Origin: Malacoraja senta
Taxonomy: Eukaryota
NCBI GenBank assembly: GCA_038087875.1
Contig: JAXLNO010005889.1
Span: 124,001-188,000 of the forward strand
Length of the DNA stretch: 64,000 nt
Direction: 5' to 3'
Shown here piece after piece: positions 1 through 11,627 of the stretch (within the stretch, counting starts at the first letter, position 1; every line of letters starts with the position of its first letter). The notes under the pieces were generated by a model. It searched no databases, was not told the DNA's origin, and saw nothing but the letters and a program-made list of their open reading frames with translations. Position numbers and translations under genes: made by a program.

Positions 1-229
1 ATCATGTAATATTTCCAGCACTTTCCCTTCACTGGATTTCCAGCATCTGTTTAAGGGGTTTTATTTTTCTGCTTTTGTTATATATAAGATAGAGTATGGT
101 ATTTTAAAAAGACGAACTGGTTAAACTATTCTGAAAATCTTTCATTTATAACAAAATAATCTTTAATTATTTCTAATCACAAATATATAATTTCTTTATC
201 TTTAATTAAAAATAATAACGTGATAACTA

Positions 230-243
230 ATTGCCATGACAAC
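230..243. promoter_or_regulatory. RFX X-box-like motif upstream of the + strand gene
   Basis: ATTGCCATGACAAC matches the palindromic X-box GTTGCCATGGCAAC at 12/14 positions and lies upstream of the candidate exons. Confidence 0.4.
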
Positions 244-489
244 AGCACTGGAGCAAAACATGAAGCTGGGGATTGCTTAAGATTTGTAACGTATTTCATG
301 TTATTCTATTAACGGGATTTGTTTTGATTATAAATTCTGAGTACAGTTATGTGGATTTGAATTTTTGATTAATTTTGGGCTTGTCCTATTATATGCGAGT
401 TAAACTGAAATGTCAGGAAAGACTCTATGAATCCTAAAGTGAAGATGTTCTATTTAACCTCGCAATTTATAATTGTAAATTCCATTAAG

Positions 490-588
490 AAGAGAAAATG
501 AGGACATAATCCAGACCAGAATTGGGGCAATGCTGGTTGTGTGCCCCTCAGCCAGTTGTTTAGCACAAGATTAACCATTGGACATACG
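490..588 (+). other. Possible upstream (5'UTR or coding) exon
   Basis: Donor-like ACG|gtaagc at 588/589. The phase-0 frame is open back to a TGA at 499-501 with no ATG. The 5' boundary is undefined. Confidence 0.3.
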
Positions 589-2814
589 GTAAGCTGCAAG
601 CCTCGCGTAACACCTCCCCAATAGCTTGTCCATTTAAACGTCAGATCCGTCAGGCAGCAAAGGTAATAGGCCAGCTCCTGCTAATATTTAGTGAGTAACC
701 CTGTAGAAAAATGGTGGCGAACAGCAGTTTGGGCGTCAGAGTGTTCTGAACTACCCCCAAACAATGCATTGCAATAGGGAAGTACAGAATACATGGGAGG
801 TCAGATGACCTATCGTTCTGTTACGGGGCACTGAGTGTAGGGGTAATCCACAAAGTCCTGAGCTGAGGCGTGAGACACACTTCATATCACTGGGGTCACC
901 AGCCATCAAGAAAAGGGATAAGTTTACAAGAGGTTTTAGTTTTATTTCTTTAATTCACGATATGTTTGAGTTTTTATTATTTGACACCAGCTTCCGGTCT
1001 TTTTTTATGGTTTTATAAAATATCTATTTTAAATTATTTAAACCAATTTCAACATTTTTGGTGTGGGCTGGGGTAGGGTGGGGTGTGGTGGGGGATTGAG
1101 TGCAGCCTTTTAGGATGAGGTAGCTGGAGACACTTTGCAAGGTGGCTGTGGAACTGTGGCCTCTTGTCATTTGACTGCCCCGCAACATGTGAGAGTAGCA
1201 ATGGGGGTGGTAGGAAGGTCGAGTGCAGGGAGAGGGACAGATCGAGCATGATCCAGCCCAATATTTGATGAATTGTGTGTTGTACGTGCTCTTCTCCATT
1301 TACTTACATTTATTGCTTCACAAAATTTCTTTTCCTCCTCTTTAGGTTCCTCCACAGCACTTGGCATTCCTTGCTGAGAGGCAGGGTTGGCAAACTCCAT
1401 TCAGGTATCTGCCCATGCTCCTCTGTAACTTCCCTGTAGGTGAAGTGCTCACAGTTGGCTAGTGGTGACACCCAACCTATCACTTCACTGATGCCCCACT
1501 TACCTGTGTCCTGTCCTACCACCACCACCACCTATCTTTGTCCCACCCACTAACATCCCTACCAGGTTTGTGAGCCTCTGTAAACAGTTGTGGCAGCGGA
1601 GCTGGACCCAGTCACTCAGTGACAAAGTTTGTTCATTCATCCTTCTCCTAAGACTCCCACACATAACTTCAGCCAGTCAACATAGACAAACAGTTTTTTC
1701 CTAAGGAGATTTCCAAGTGCACTCTCAATCCCGGAAACCTGATCAGAAGTTTGGCACAATGCTCCATGCATTACAGGAATCAAATATCAGATTTCAATGG
1801 CTCCAGTAAATAAACTCGAAGATTGTTAACATAATCTTGCATCTCATTTTCTTGTAATCTCTTGAAAGACAAGCCATAACAAAAATGGAAATATTATAAC
1901 AAATTAGACAAAAGCTCTCAATTTCCTCACTTTAACTGCCAGAGAGTGTTCAATGAGGCTGTCTGCATTATGCTGAGAATACCCAACTATCAGCTAAACA
2001 TTGCATTTATAGCAAAGAATCAACATATGCAATCAGATAAAACTTTTGAATAAGAAGGGATTCTGGAAGATGCAATTGTCCTTCCCAAATGATACAGTTT
2101 GGGCTCATCGTAGTCAATTAGCTGCTTTTTACACCACGGCTGATTTTGATATTAAATCAGACATGGGAATAAAAAGCAGGTGTATTGTAGAATGGGCTGA
2201 CTAATTGGTATGAGCAACTTTTGTGTTTTTAGCAAATGGCCCATTTCACCCTTGCTCCAATTAGCAGTTTTCATTACTTCAAAGAGCGCCAGCACTGTGT
2301 AAATTAATGTAGAGACACTGAGGTAAGTTAGAATCAAAAATGCCAGGCAGGAAACCCATGGAATCTGATATAATCCATCCAATCCTAGCTCTACAGCCTG
2401 CATGTAACACAACAAAATTACACATGCAAACTATAAAGATAATATTCGGTACAGAAATATAGAGACAATTTTTTCAGCAGTTCTTTTGAATTTATGTCTT
2501 TTTTTTTTAGTGTGATATACTCTTCTTTCTTGAGTATTTCCTCCAACCTTCTTGAAATGTGATATCTTTCAATCAAAGAGGTAACTGGGTAACCAACTCT
2601 CCGAACGCTATCAGTGTAGTTCTGAATCTCTGGTTAACTCGGGAATAATGATTCTTCCTTTGCTTATAGGGCCATCTTTGACCTTCACTCAGAGAGGTTG
2701 TTCATATTTGCCCTCTGATTATTAAAGGATTGTAGTCCTTCAAATTGGGGTCAGTAGCTTTACTTGCTAATTTACATCAATAACTTTTTATCCAAAGCAT
2801 TCACCTATTTAAAA

Positions 2815-3020
2815 AAGATCATGGATTCATATAGCATGGAAATATCCCGATTGGCCCAACTCATCCATGACAACCAGGTTTTAAAATGAGCTAGTCCCAA
2901 TTGCTTGTATTTATGTCCCATATCCCTTTAACCTTTGCTATCGATGTACCTGCCTCAATGTATTTTAAATATCACCATTGTACCCGCCTCTGCACCTCTC
3001 TCCAGTCCTCTCCACACACA
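2815..3020 (-). mobile_element. Degenerate HER1/CR1-type LINE 3' fragment
   Basis: Diverged copy of the same 3' tail seen at 11008-11270 and 43120-43490. Confidence 0.55.
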
Positions 3021-4631
3021 CTAAATTTACTTGCAAGAGCTCTCATCCAACAGGCCATCTTCTTAATGCTTCGCAGCATCCCTGTCCAATTTATGAGCAT
3101 TCAACCCCAAAAACAACAGGGCCACTGCAGCCAGCCAGTCATTGCGACTTGCTCAGTCTGTCATCAAAAAATTAAAGTTGACCTCAGTTTTTCACCTCAA
3201 GCCATGATTTTGAGGTAGTCTCCAATAAATCAGGAGAATCAATCCGGAGAACAATGTACCCACAATGGTTGAATGGTGGGGTTGAGGTGAACAGGACTAT
3301 ATATATTTAAGAGAAAACTGGGTGCACTTGATGGAGAAATAAATAAATAGTGATATGTTTGGATTAAACTGAATTGGGGGAGGCTTCAGCAGATGTAAAC
3401 ACTATCTCGACCATTTGGACAATTTGGTCTTTTTTTGAAATGCAAATCTGTATTGTGGGGTTGCTCAGTATAAAGACTCATCAGCAAAGCCCACACATTC
3501 TCATTCCGTGTGATTAGCACACTACTGGTTTAAAACTACTGAAAATATATTTTCACTATGTCATTAATTGTGCATTCAATAATGCTTTGGTTAGGCGGGA
3601 AATCAAGACAAAGCAGAAAACATAAGAAACTCAAAGCAAATACATTTAGCTACATTTACTCGCCAAAGTTCTATGGTGCCATTGGTGACATGGGGAAATA
3701 CCACAAGTGTGTCTGGCGATAGTTGGTGGTGGTTCTCAGCTCTCTGCATATGGTTCAAAATAGAACCATAGGTGTGATGGTGAGTACAACCAGCAGCGGA
3801 TACTCATGCGTTTAATACCAAGACTGTTTCTCCCCAGGATAGTCCCTGTTCAGATCGATTAAGACAGTTGGACCAAGAAAAGGGCAAACAAAGAAGGTCC
3901 AGGGTGGGATGAGGAAGGAGGTGAGGAGGAGAGTGAAGAGGTCAAAGTAATGGGAGTCAAAGTACAAAATGGCAGACAAGATTGTCAGATAGGAGGCTAG
4001 TGTTGAACATTGGAAATTCCACTGTGGGGTGGAGACAAACACTGGATCATCATGCAAGTACCTAAACACTTGAAATCGTCCTGTACCATCTAGAAGTTTG
4101 TAATATGATAATAATATTACAGTGGCTTTGGCTATAGAGCTTAAGTTAGTTTACTGCTGTAAATGCCTATCGCAGCACCACTAACCATCGTGGCTTTAAT
4201 TATAGGCACTTTGTAGTGAATAGAATAACTGTCCTTTGAAATGAAATGTTGTTACCCACATATCATTGTTAATTTATATATTTACTTGATGATTAGTAAA
4301 TAAATAAAATCTGCTTTAGAAAATGAAATAAAATAGTTCAGTGTTTGTAATATCAGTGATATGAATAAATTCTGGGTAGATCTATTAAAGTTGGCAACAA
4401 AATTGGAATTGGCCAGCATTGTGTAATGTTTTTCTCAGCATTGTTAACTTAATTCCTGGCCTGCAAACCTATGATCACTGTTTAGTATAGTACAATTATG
4501 TCAGGGTAATATATGATCAAAACTACTTTAAATAATTTCCACTACTTTCTTTGTTCCAACCCCATGCAAATTACTAAAAATATGAATACTCCATCAATGA
4601 CTTCTCGAGTGTTTTGACTTGTGTGCTGTAG

Positions 4632-4669
4632 GATCATACATGTGTTGCCAGACTTCAGCGAGAGGACAT
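4632..4669 (+). CDS. Short exon of an uncharacterised gene; supplies the AT of a junction-spanning ATG (or reads DHTCVARLQRED-M)
   Basis: Acceptor gctgtag| and consensus donor |gtaagt. The 38-nt exon ends in phase 2, matching the phase-2 start of exon 6105. Confidence 0.55.
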
Positions 4670-6104
4670 GTAAGTGAAATTAAGAGAGATGTCCTAATGC
4701 CCTTCTACCAGGTACAGGGGCAGAGACATCATTGTATCCTATCATCTGAGAGAAGGCTTTGTATGATTAGAAACAGCATACGGATGTAAATGAACACATA
4801 ACTAGGAACATTTTATTTTCAGAAAGAAGCCAGTGAGTGGGATTAATAGTTTGTACCAGCACTATCGCCTTATATCTGGTGCAATAATTTTTAATGTGTA
4901 AAAGTTGGGATTTTTTGGAATATACAGATTTTAAAAAAGGAAAATCATATCGCCTTTTGCCTATTTCAGGGGAAGTGGACCTGGTTCCTGTAGACTCTGA
5001 TAAATATCTAACCAGTTTTTTTTTCTCAGTGTCCTGTGGAACCACTTTAAATAAACGATTCATTACTCGTGTAAATACTGGCTCAGAAATCGGTTCCAAG
5101 CAGTGGAGCAAGAGTGGATCTTTCCCATTTTAGGTGACATCTTCTTCCCATTGTCTCCTGTATTACCCCTGTTTTACAGCCTCTGTTTATGGGCAACTTA
5201 AGTATATTTTCATGCAGGCAAAGAAGACAAGTTTAACGTGGAGGTAAACGGAAGGTATATGGCAAACTTGCCCAAATTAACCCTGCAAAGCCCAAAATCC
5301 AATTTAAGGTGAACTTCAGGCTTCACTCATGGGATATATACTCCATGTGCCTGAAAATTGACCATGATCATTTTCCACCTTCATGCTCCTTCCTCTTTAC
5401 AGAGAACCAGCATCTGACAGAGTGCACAGTGATCTGGACTTCAATTTGCCAGGTAGAGTTTGACATTTAATGTTTCAGTTCCAATCATGGTAACTTTTAG
5501 ATCTCAGTTTCTGTTTTGTTAGGCCAAGATACCCATCAGAGGGCAGGCATCTCTTGAGGATGAAGCAATAGTACTCCTTTTGTACAAAAATATTTTTGTA
5601 GACAATATTTCCATAGATAACTGTGTGCATACAAAATGGGATTTAAATCCGGGTGTTCAGAGTACAGAGTCCATTGCTTTAACCACTCACCTATATCTTC
5701 ATAACATTCATTAAATCATTCCTCTGCAATGCCAAATTACTTTTTTATAATCAGGCAAAGCCCAAGGACTGGGAGTGTATCATCACTTTGCTTTATATGG
5801 ATAGGATGCTCAGTCTGGTCCAAGGGAATGAAGAGACTAGAAAATACAAAATTGTAACACTTTAAAAACCTAATTGCATTCAAGCAACGACTGTAATATT
5901 ACACTGCTTTAAATATTTTAAATCTGGTCTGTCCAAACAAATGGTTGAATGTTGGTTCAGATTCTATAGTTAACATATTTTAATAAGTGGATGTTTTACT
6001 ATCGCAAGTTATTGCTCAGTGATGATGAATAATTGTAAGTCAGATTAACTGGTACAGTTGAATTTTTCCCCATCCCTTTTTTTTTGTTTCTCTTGCTCTT
6101 GCAG

Positions 6105-6226
6105 GAGGCCTCCAGATACACATGGTGAGGCTGCTGTACCTGCGAGCTTTGAAGGACTGAGATATCAACGTGTGAGAAAGCCCAAGAAGGCAACCCAGCT
6201 CCCCTCAAAACCACGGCGAAAAAACA
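6105..6226 (+). CDS. Internal coding exon of an uncharacterised basic protein (RPPDTHGEAAVPASFEGLRYQRVRKPKKATQLPSKPRRKN)
   Basis: Long polypyrimidine tract plus ttgcag| acceptor and |gtgagt donor. 122 nt with an open frame, starting in phase 2 and ending in phase 1. Confidence 0.75.
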
Positions 6227-6237
6227 GTGAGTGACTC

Positions 6238-6541
6238 AGTGGCACGGTGGCACAGCGGTGGAGTTGCTGCCTTACAGCGCCAGAGACCCGGGTTCCATCC
6301 TGACTATGGGTACTCTCTGTATGGAGTTTGTACACTCTCTCCATGACTGCATGGGTTTTCCCATGGGTACTCCATTTTTCTCCCACCCTCCAAAGACGTA
6401 CAAGTTTGTAGGTTAATTGGCTTTGTCAAAGATTGTAAATTGTACATAGTGTGTAGGATAGTGCTAGTGTATGGGATGATTACTGATGGTGCAGACAGTG
6501 GGCCGAAGGGCCTGTTCCTGTGCTGTATCTCTAAACTAAAC
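6238..6541 (+). mobile_element. HE1-type V-SINE, full length
   Basis: tRNA-derived head with A/B boxes (ggtggcacagcgg, ggttccatcc), V-domain-like core, and LINE-like tail gggccgaagggcctgttcctg...ctctaaactaaa. Confidence 0.9.
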
Positions 6542-8271
6542 AAAATTTGATGACCAGAAATATGGCCGGGTATTAGATTACTTCGAAGAGGACTGAAGGC
6601 GAATGAATAATGCATTCATAAGTTGTTCTTCAGAGATAGTTTAACTGTGTGCATTATATCTTCAGCATTGATTTTAGGTGCTGTTTATTATTACTTTGGA
6701 GCACTTAGGCCATTTATATAACATTATTTTATCTGACACTATAACCCATTGTCTAATCCAGTTAGTATAAATAATTTAATGTTGCATTTTAAAGAATGCT
6801 GATAACTATCTTGCTAATATTTTAGGTGTACATATACCTCAAACTGTCATTCATAAGTTTCAGTAGTGTTCTTTTAATGATGTGACAGCCCTAATAATAG
6901 TGACAAAATTGGAATTAATAGGAAGAGAATAAAGTATTTGGCAAGAACTAAAGATAATAGCTAAGGTCTTCCATATAATTAATTGAAGGAAATATCTGTT
7001 GATCCAACTCTGGATGTTGAAATTTAGATGCAAAAAACAGTCAGTGCAGGTGGTGATGAGGTTGTCAGCATGTGTGTGGTAAGTGGCATTTTTAAATAAC
7101 TTTGTCAATGGGCAGCATGTTGATGTAGGGAGGCCCCAGAATCCTTGGGACTGCTTGAGGTAATGGACCAGGGAGAAATCATTCTCTGGCTTAGCTGGTT
7201 AGGTGTGGACAGAGGCGGGTCTTAACCTGGTGGGTGATGGCAGAGAGGTGTTGGGGGAGGATGGTGGGTCAAACAAGTCAGTAGTTGCAGGTAGGTAAAA
7301 AAGAATGAGAAACTAATGTTGAACTTTGTCACGGTCACTCACTATTCAATATTATAAGAAGAAAAGTATTTTAATTGTGAGGGTTCTAAATTAAATTTAA
7401 GAAAAGATTGGTAAAGAGTTGGGAGATGCACTTTATTCAAGTGTTTTGCAAAGGATTGAGAGTATGTGATGAATCAATTGATCCATGGTTCGTTGACATC
7501 TATGGGACTATCAGGCATTTCCAGACATTGGTGCTTGGCAATAAGAAAACTAAAGAGTGCTCTCTAAAGAGACCACTACAGTGTGCTTTGGAAACCCTGT
7601 TATTGATTATTATAAGGCCAGGGGGAGCTTTAATGACCTTTATTATCTCACAAATAGATAGTTCCTAGATGTGACCCACTCCAGAGCATTGCTCTTTCAA
7701 AACCTTCTATAAATTTCCCCGTTCCTGGTGAGCTCCGCAACATCGTGAGCTCTTGTGTGTTGGAACAGTAATAGGTCCCGATCACAAAGATGGGCTTCCT
7801 TTTGTTGTTACTTCGACCCCTGCATTTCAGAGAATTGTTGATTACATATGTAAAGTTTTTGTACTCAATTATTTTTTTCCCATCCTCTTTCTGTTCACTT
7901 TGCCAGAGATTTTGATGAGACCATTCAGGGTCATAAAAAGGTCAATTTTTTTTTAAATGAAAAGAAAATAAGTGAATATGTCCACTATAATTATTGACCG
8001 CTGACAAAGCCAAGAGCAACATATGGCTCAGTTGAGGTTTCAGTCGAGGGCTGTGCTTCCAATTTTGGGTCAATTTGAAGCGAATTTTGCGTGCACAATG
8101 AATTAGTGATATAACGTCAGTAGCAGTGCTTGTAATACCTTTAAGACCTGGCCAGAGACTTACAGTTATTATATGCATGAAAAGTGATGACCTCAGGCTT
8201 TTGTGGATTGCAAATGATGATTAAAAGTGTTTTTTTTTAATTTTATTTTCAAATATTACCTATCAATGGTC

Positions 8272-8551
8272 NNNNNNNNNNNNNNNNNNNNNNNNNNNNN
8301 NNNNNNNNNNNNNNNNNNNNNNNNNNNNNNNNNNNNNNNNNNNNNNNNNNNNNNNNNNNNNNNNNNNNNNNNNNNNNNNNNNNNNNNNNNNNNNNNNNNN
8401 NNNNNNNNNNNNNNNNNNNNNNNNNNNNNNNNNNNNNNNNNNNNNNNNNNNNNNNNNNNNNNNNNNNNNNNNNNNNNNNNNNNNNNNNNNNNNNNNNNNN
8501 NNNNNNNNNNNNNNNNNNNNNNNNNNNNNNNNNNNNNNNNNNNNNNNNNNN
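8272..8551. other. Assembly gap (280 N)
   Basis: Run of N bases. Confidence 1.
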
Positions 8552-9582
8552 CCCACCCTGCTTCCTGTAAAAACTCTATCCCCTACTCCCAATTCCTCCG
8601 TCTACGCTGCATCTGCGCTCAGGATGAGGTGTTCCATACCAGTGCGTCGGAGATGTCCTCATTCTTTAGGAAAAGGGGGTTCCCCCTCTTCCATTATGGA
8701 TGAGGCTCTCACTAGGGTCTCCTCGATATCCCGCAGCTCCACTCCTGCTCCCACTCCCCTTGTCCTCACCTTCCACCCCATCAGCCATCGCATACAGCAT
8801 ATAATCCTCCAACAGTTTTGCCACCTCCAACGGGATCCCACTACTGCCCACATCTTCCCATCTCCACCCCTTTCTGCTTTCTGCAGAGACCATTTGCTCC
8901 GAAACACCTTGGTCAGTTCGTCCCTTCCCACCCAAACCACCCCCTCCCCAGGTACTTTCCCCTGCAACCGCAGGAGATGCAACACCTGTCCCTTTAGCTC
9001 CCCCCTCGACTCCATCCAAGGACCCAAACAGTCTTTCCAGGTGAGACAGAGATTCACTTGCACCTCCTCCAACCTGATCTATTGTATCTGCTGTTTCAGG
9101 TGTCAACTTCTCTACATCAGCAAGACCAAGCGCAGGCTCGGCGATCGTTTCGCTGAACTCCTCCGCTCAGTCCGTCTTAACCTACCTGATCTCCCGGTGG
9201 CTCAGCACTTCAACTTCCCCTCCCATTCCCAATCTGACCTTTCTGTCCTGGGCCTCCTCCATTGTCAGAGTGAGGCCCAGCGCAAATTGGAGGAACAGCA
9301 CCTCATATTTCGCTTGGGTAGTTTACACCCCAGTGGTATGAACATTGACATCTCTAACTTCAGATAGCCCTTGCTTTCCTCTCCCCCTTCCCAGTTCTCC
9401 CACTAGTCTTACTGTCTCCGACTACATTTATCTTTGTCCCACCCCCTCCCCTGACATCAGTCTGGCTTCGACCCGAAACGTCACCCATTCCTTCTCTCCA
9501 GAGATGCTTCCTGACCCGCTGAGTTACTCCAGCATTTTGTGTCTACCTTCGATTTAAACCAGCATCTGCAGTTCTTTCCTAC
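8552..9582 (+). mobile_element. Penelope-like retroelement 3' part: RT thumb, Cys linker, GIY-YIG endonuclease (frameshifted) and terminal repeat
   Basis: HPASCKNSIPYSQFLRLRCIC; GTFPCNRRRCNTC; FTCTSSNLIYCICCFRCQLLYISKTKRRLGDRFAE; PVAQHFN; EQHLIFRLGSLHPSGMNID. Followed by gacccgaaacgtcacc...gagttactccagcattttg. Confidence 0.92.
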
Positions 9583-9609
9583 ACTATATACACTATATAT
9601 ATATATATA

Positions 9610-10338
9610 CTAGACTAAGTGGGACCCTTGGGTCCCAGCATCACACGAGAGGGCTGGTCCCCCAACGCAATATTCCACCTCTCCACCAATTCCAATATTG
9701 GTGGCCAGTGGGGGGGGGGGGCTTCCTGGAGCGCTAGAATGGATGTGGGCTGATGGGACTGGTTTCCAGAGGGCTAGTATGGACATTGTGGGCCGAATGG
9801 ATTCTTGGGCTGGCGGATCAGTCACTCAAGCCTGTTGTGCTGGCAGCTCACTCACTCACGGCTGGTGGGCTGGCAGTTGACTCATGGCTATTCATTGAAA
9901 TTCCATTTCAAGCAGGGTACAAGGCCACCAAATTCAAGTGCAGTTTCTTACCACTCCAAGCAGGGTGCAAGGCCACCAAATTCAAGTGCAGTTTCATACC
10001 ATTTCAAGCAGGGTGCAAGGCCACAAAAGACAGCGAGTCGTGACCTCTCCCTCCTCCATCTTGCAGAGACTGAACCATGCCCACACTTCTGGGTTTTATA
10101 GTCCTTCCTCCTCCCACCAGAAGGGGCTTGGCCTTCATGGCGTGATTGACAGGAGAGAGAATCTCAACATTTTTTAAACACTAATAACTGTTTTATTTTT
10201 CATCCTCTTGTCCTGCGCAGCGGAGCGGGACTCTGAGTAAGATGGCCAAAAATCACAGCCATAAGTGGCAACGTTTTTTCTAAAATCAATATACAGAACA
10301 ACAGGAAGTGGTCAAGATCAGACTTTTCATAATATAGA
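9610..10338 (-). mobile_element. Non-autonomous Helitron
   Basis: The minus strand starts A|TC (10338) and ends CTAG|T (9610). Hairpin TGGGACCC-tt-GGGTCCCA at 9620-9637 lies near the 3' end. No TSD; inserted in a (TA)n tract. Confidence 0.85.
9903..10024 (+). repeat. 48-bp tandem repeat (~2.5 copies) inside the Helitron
   Basis: Units start at 9903, 9951 and 9999 (ccatttcaagcagggtacaaggccaccaaattcaagtgcagtttctta). Confidence 0.9.
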
Positions 10339-10344
10339 TATATA

Positions 10345-10484
10345 TATAGTGTATCTATATCTGTATACTATGGATGTCTTGATCATAATCATGTATAGTC
10401 TTCTTGCTGACTAGATAGCACACAACAAAATGCTTTTCACTGTACCTCAGTACACATGACAATAACAAACTAAACTAAACTAAC
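10345..10484 (+). mobile_element. Rex1/Babar-like 3' tail
   Basis: gcttttcactgtacctcagtacacatgacaataa followed by a (ctaaa)n tail; related copies occur near 27885 and 36030. Confidence 0.55.
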
Positions 10485-10497
10485 ATCACCTATCATA

Positions 10498-10850
10498 AAC
10501 ACAAAATACTGGAGTAACTCAGCAGGACAGGCAGCATCTCTGGAGAGAAATGGGTGAGATTTTGGGTCGAGATCTTCAGACATTCAGACCCGAAATGTCA
10601 CCCAGAGATGCTGCCTGTCCCACAGAGTTACATAGAAATTAGGTGCAGGAGGAGGCCATTCGGCCCTTCGAGCCAGCACCGACATTCATTGTGATCATGG
10701 CTGATCGATTGGGATCATGTTACTCCAGCATTTTGTGTCCACCTTCGATTTCAACCAGCATCTGCAGTTCTTTCTTTACATCACCTATCCATGTTCTCTA
10801 GAGATGCTGCCTGACCCGCTGAGTTACTCCATCACTTTGTATCCTTCTGT
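10498..10850. mobile_element. Fold-back Penelope terminal-repeat cluster with a nested HER1 tail (10631-10718)
   Basis: Arm acacaaaatactggagtaactcagc... is inverted against ...gttactccagcattttgtgtc, with hammerhead remnants at 10560-10600. Confidence 0.8.
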
Positions 10851-11007
10851 GTGAGAAAATGTGTTCATTAAAGAGGCAATTTTTTACTGGTATTTTCATT
10901 ATTCAGTTTTATGACTGGGTATTGGAAATAGAATGATGTTTTCTGCAGTGAAGTATCGTGCTGCAGATTTAATTTTTAAATTAGTGCTGTCCCTCTGCAG
11001 TTATAGT

Positions 11008-11270
11008 CATAGACTCATAGAGTGATACAGTGTGGAAACAGGCCCTTCGGCCCATCTTGTCCACACCGGCCAACATGTCCCAGCTACACTAGTCCCACCT
11101 GCCCACTTTTGACCATACCCCCCTAAACCTGTCCAATCCATGTACCTGCCTAACTGTTTCTCAAATGTTGGGATAGTCCCTGCCTCAACCACCTTCTCTG
11201 GCAGCTTGTTCCATACACCCACCACCCTTTATGTGAAAAAGTTACCCCTCAGATTCCTACTAAATCTTTT
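11008..11270 (-). mobile_element. HER1/CR1 LINE 3' fragment
   Basis: ORF2 C-terminus VGVWNKLPEKVVEAGTIPTFEKQLGRYMD plus the 3' tail. Confidence 0.88.
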
Positions 11271-11397
11271 CCTGCAAAAGAGCAGCCTGCAAAAAGATCA
11301 ATGGTAATTATTTTTCCAAAGTAGTTAAGGTCCCCCAAACCCAAAAGTTCTCCTTGAGAGATAGTGAGGACTAATTATTGTTGTTTTTTTTGGTCAG

Positions 11398-11627
11398 GTT
11401 TTCAAATCTCACAGGTCCAGCAGCCCAGTGAATCTCAGGTTCTCCAGCCCCAAGGCATTCTCTACCTCCAACAGAAGAAGAGACACTCTCGTCAGGACCC
11501 GTACGGTTATTTTTCTGCCATGAAGGAAGAGTTTCACAAGTACAGACACCAGCCTGAGGATGAAGTGGCCATTCTGGGGAAGGTGGATCATGAAGAACAA
11601 CAAGGGCAGACAACCCTGCTTAAGTAA
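11398..11627 (+). CDS. Terminal coding exon (S-FQISQVQQPSESQVLQPQGILYLQQKKRHSRQDPYGYFSAMKEEFHKYRHQPEDEVAILGKVDHEEQQGQTTLLK*)
   Basis: Acceptor ttttttttggtcag|. The phase-1 junction A+GT lands exactly in the open frame of ORF 11364-11627. GC content is higher than the flanks. Stop TAA at 11625-11627; AATAAA at 12338-12343. Confidence 0.7.

Noticed and set aside
1024-1531. Overlapping minus-strand ORFs in GC-richer sequence
   Set aside because: No recognisable domain or exon boundaries; probably decayed repeat.
5583-5600. 18-bp perfect palindrome TACAAAAATATTTTTGTA
   Set aside because: Low-complexity A/T runs; plausible by chance in this composition.
5633-5694. tRNA-Ser-like sequence on the minus strand (gagtggttaaagcaatggact...ggatttaaatccc)
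   Set aside because: No complete cloverleaf and a degenerate B-box; at most an old SINE head.
6142-6170. Kisspeptin-like look of SFEGLRY
   Set aside because: It lacks the YNxNSFGLRY-G-basic amidation context and a signal peptide; the resemblance is superficial.
8227-8703. Long ORFs of X residues
   Set aside because: They span the N gap; only the Penelope part is real.
11415-11431. Alternative acceptor ctcacag| for the last exon
   Set aside because: It gives an immediate stop (SPAAQ*) and has a weaker pyrimidine tract than 11398; a minor isoform cannot be excluded.
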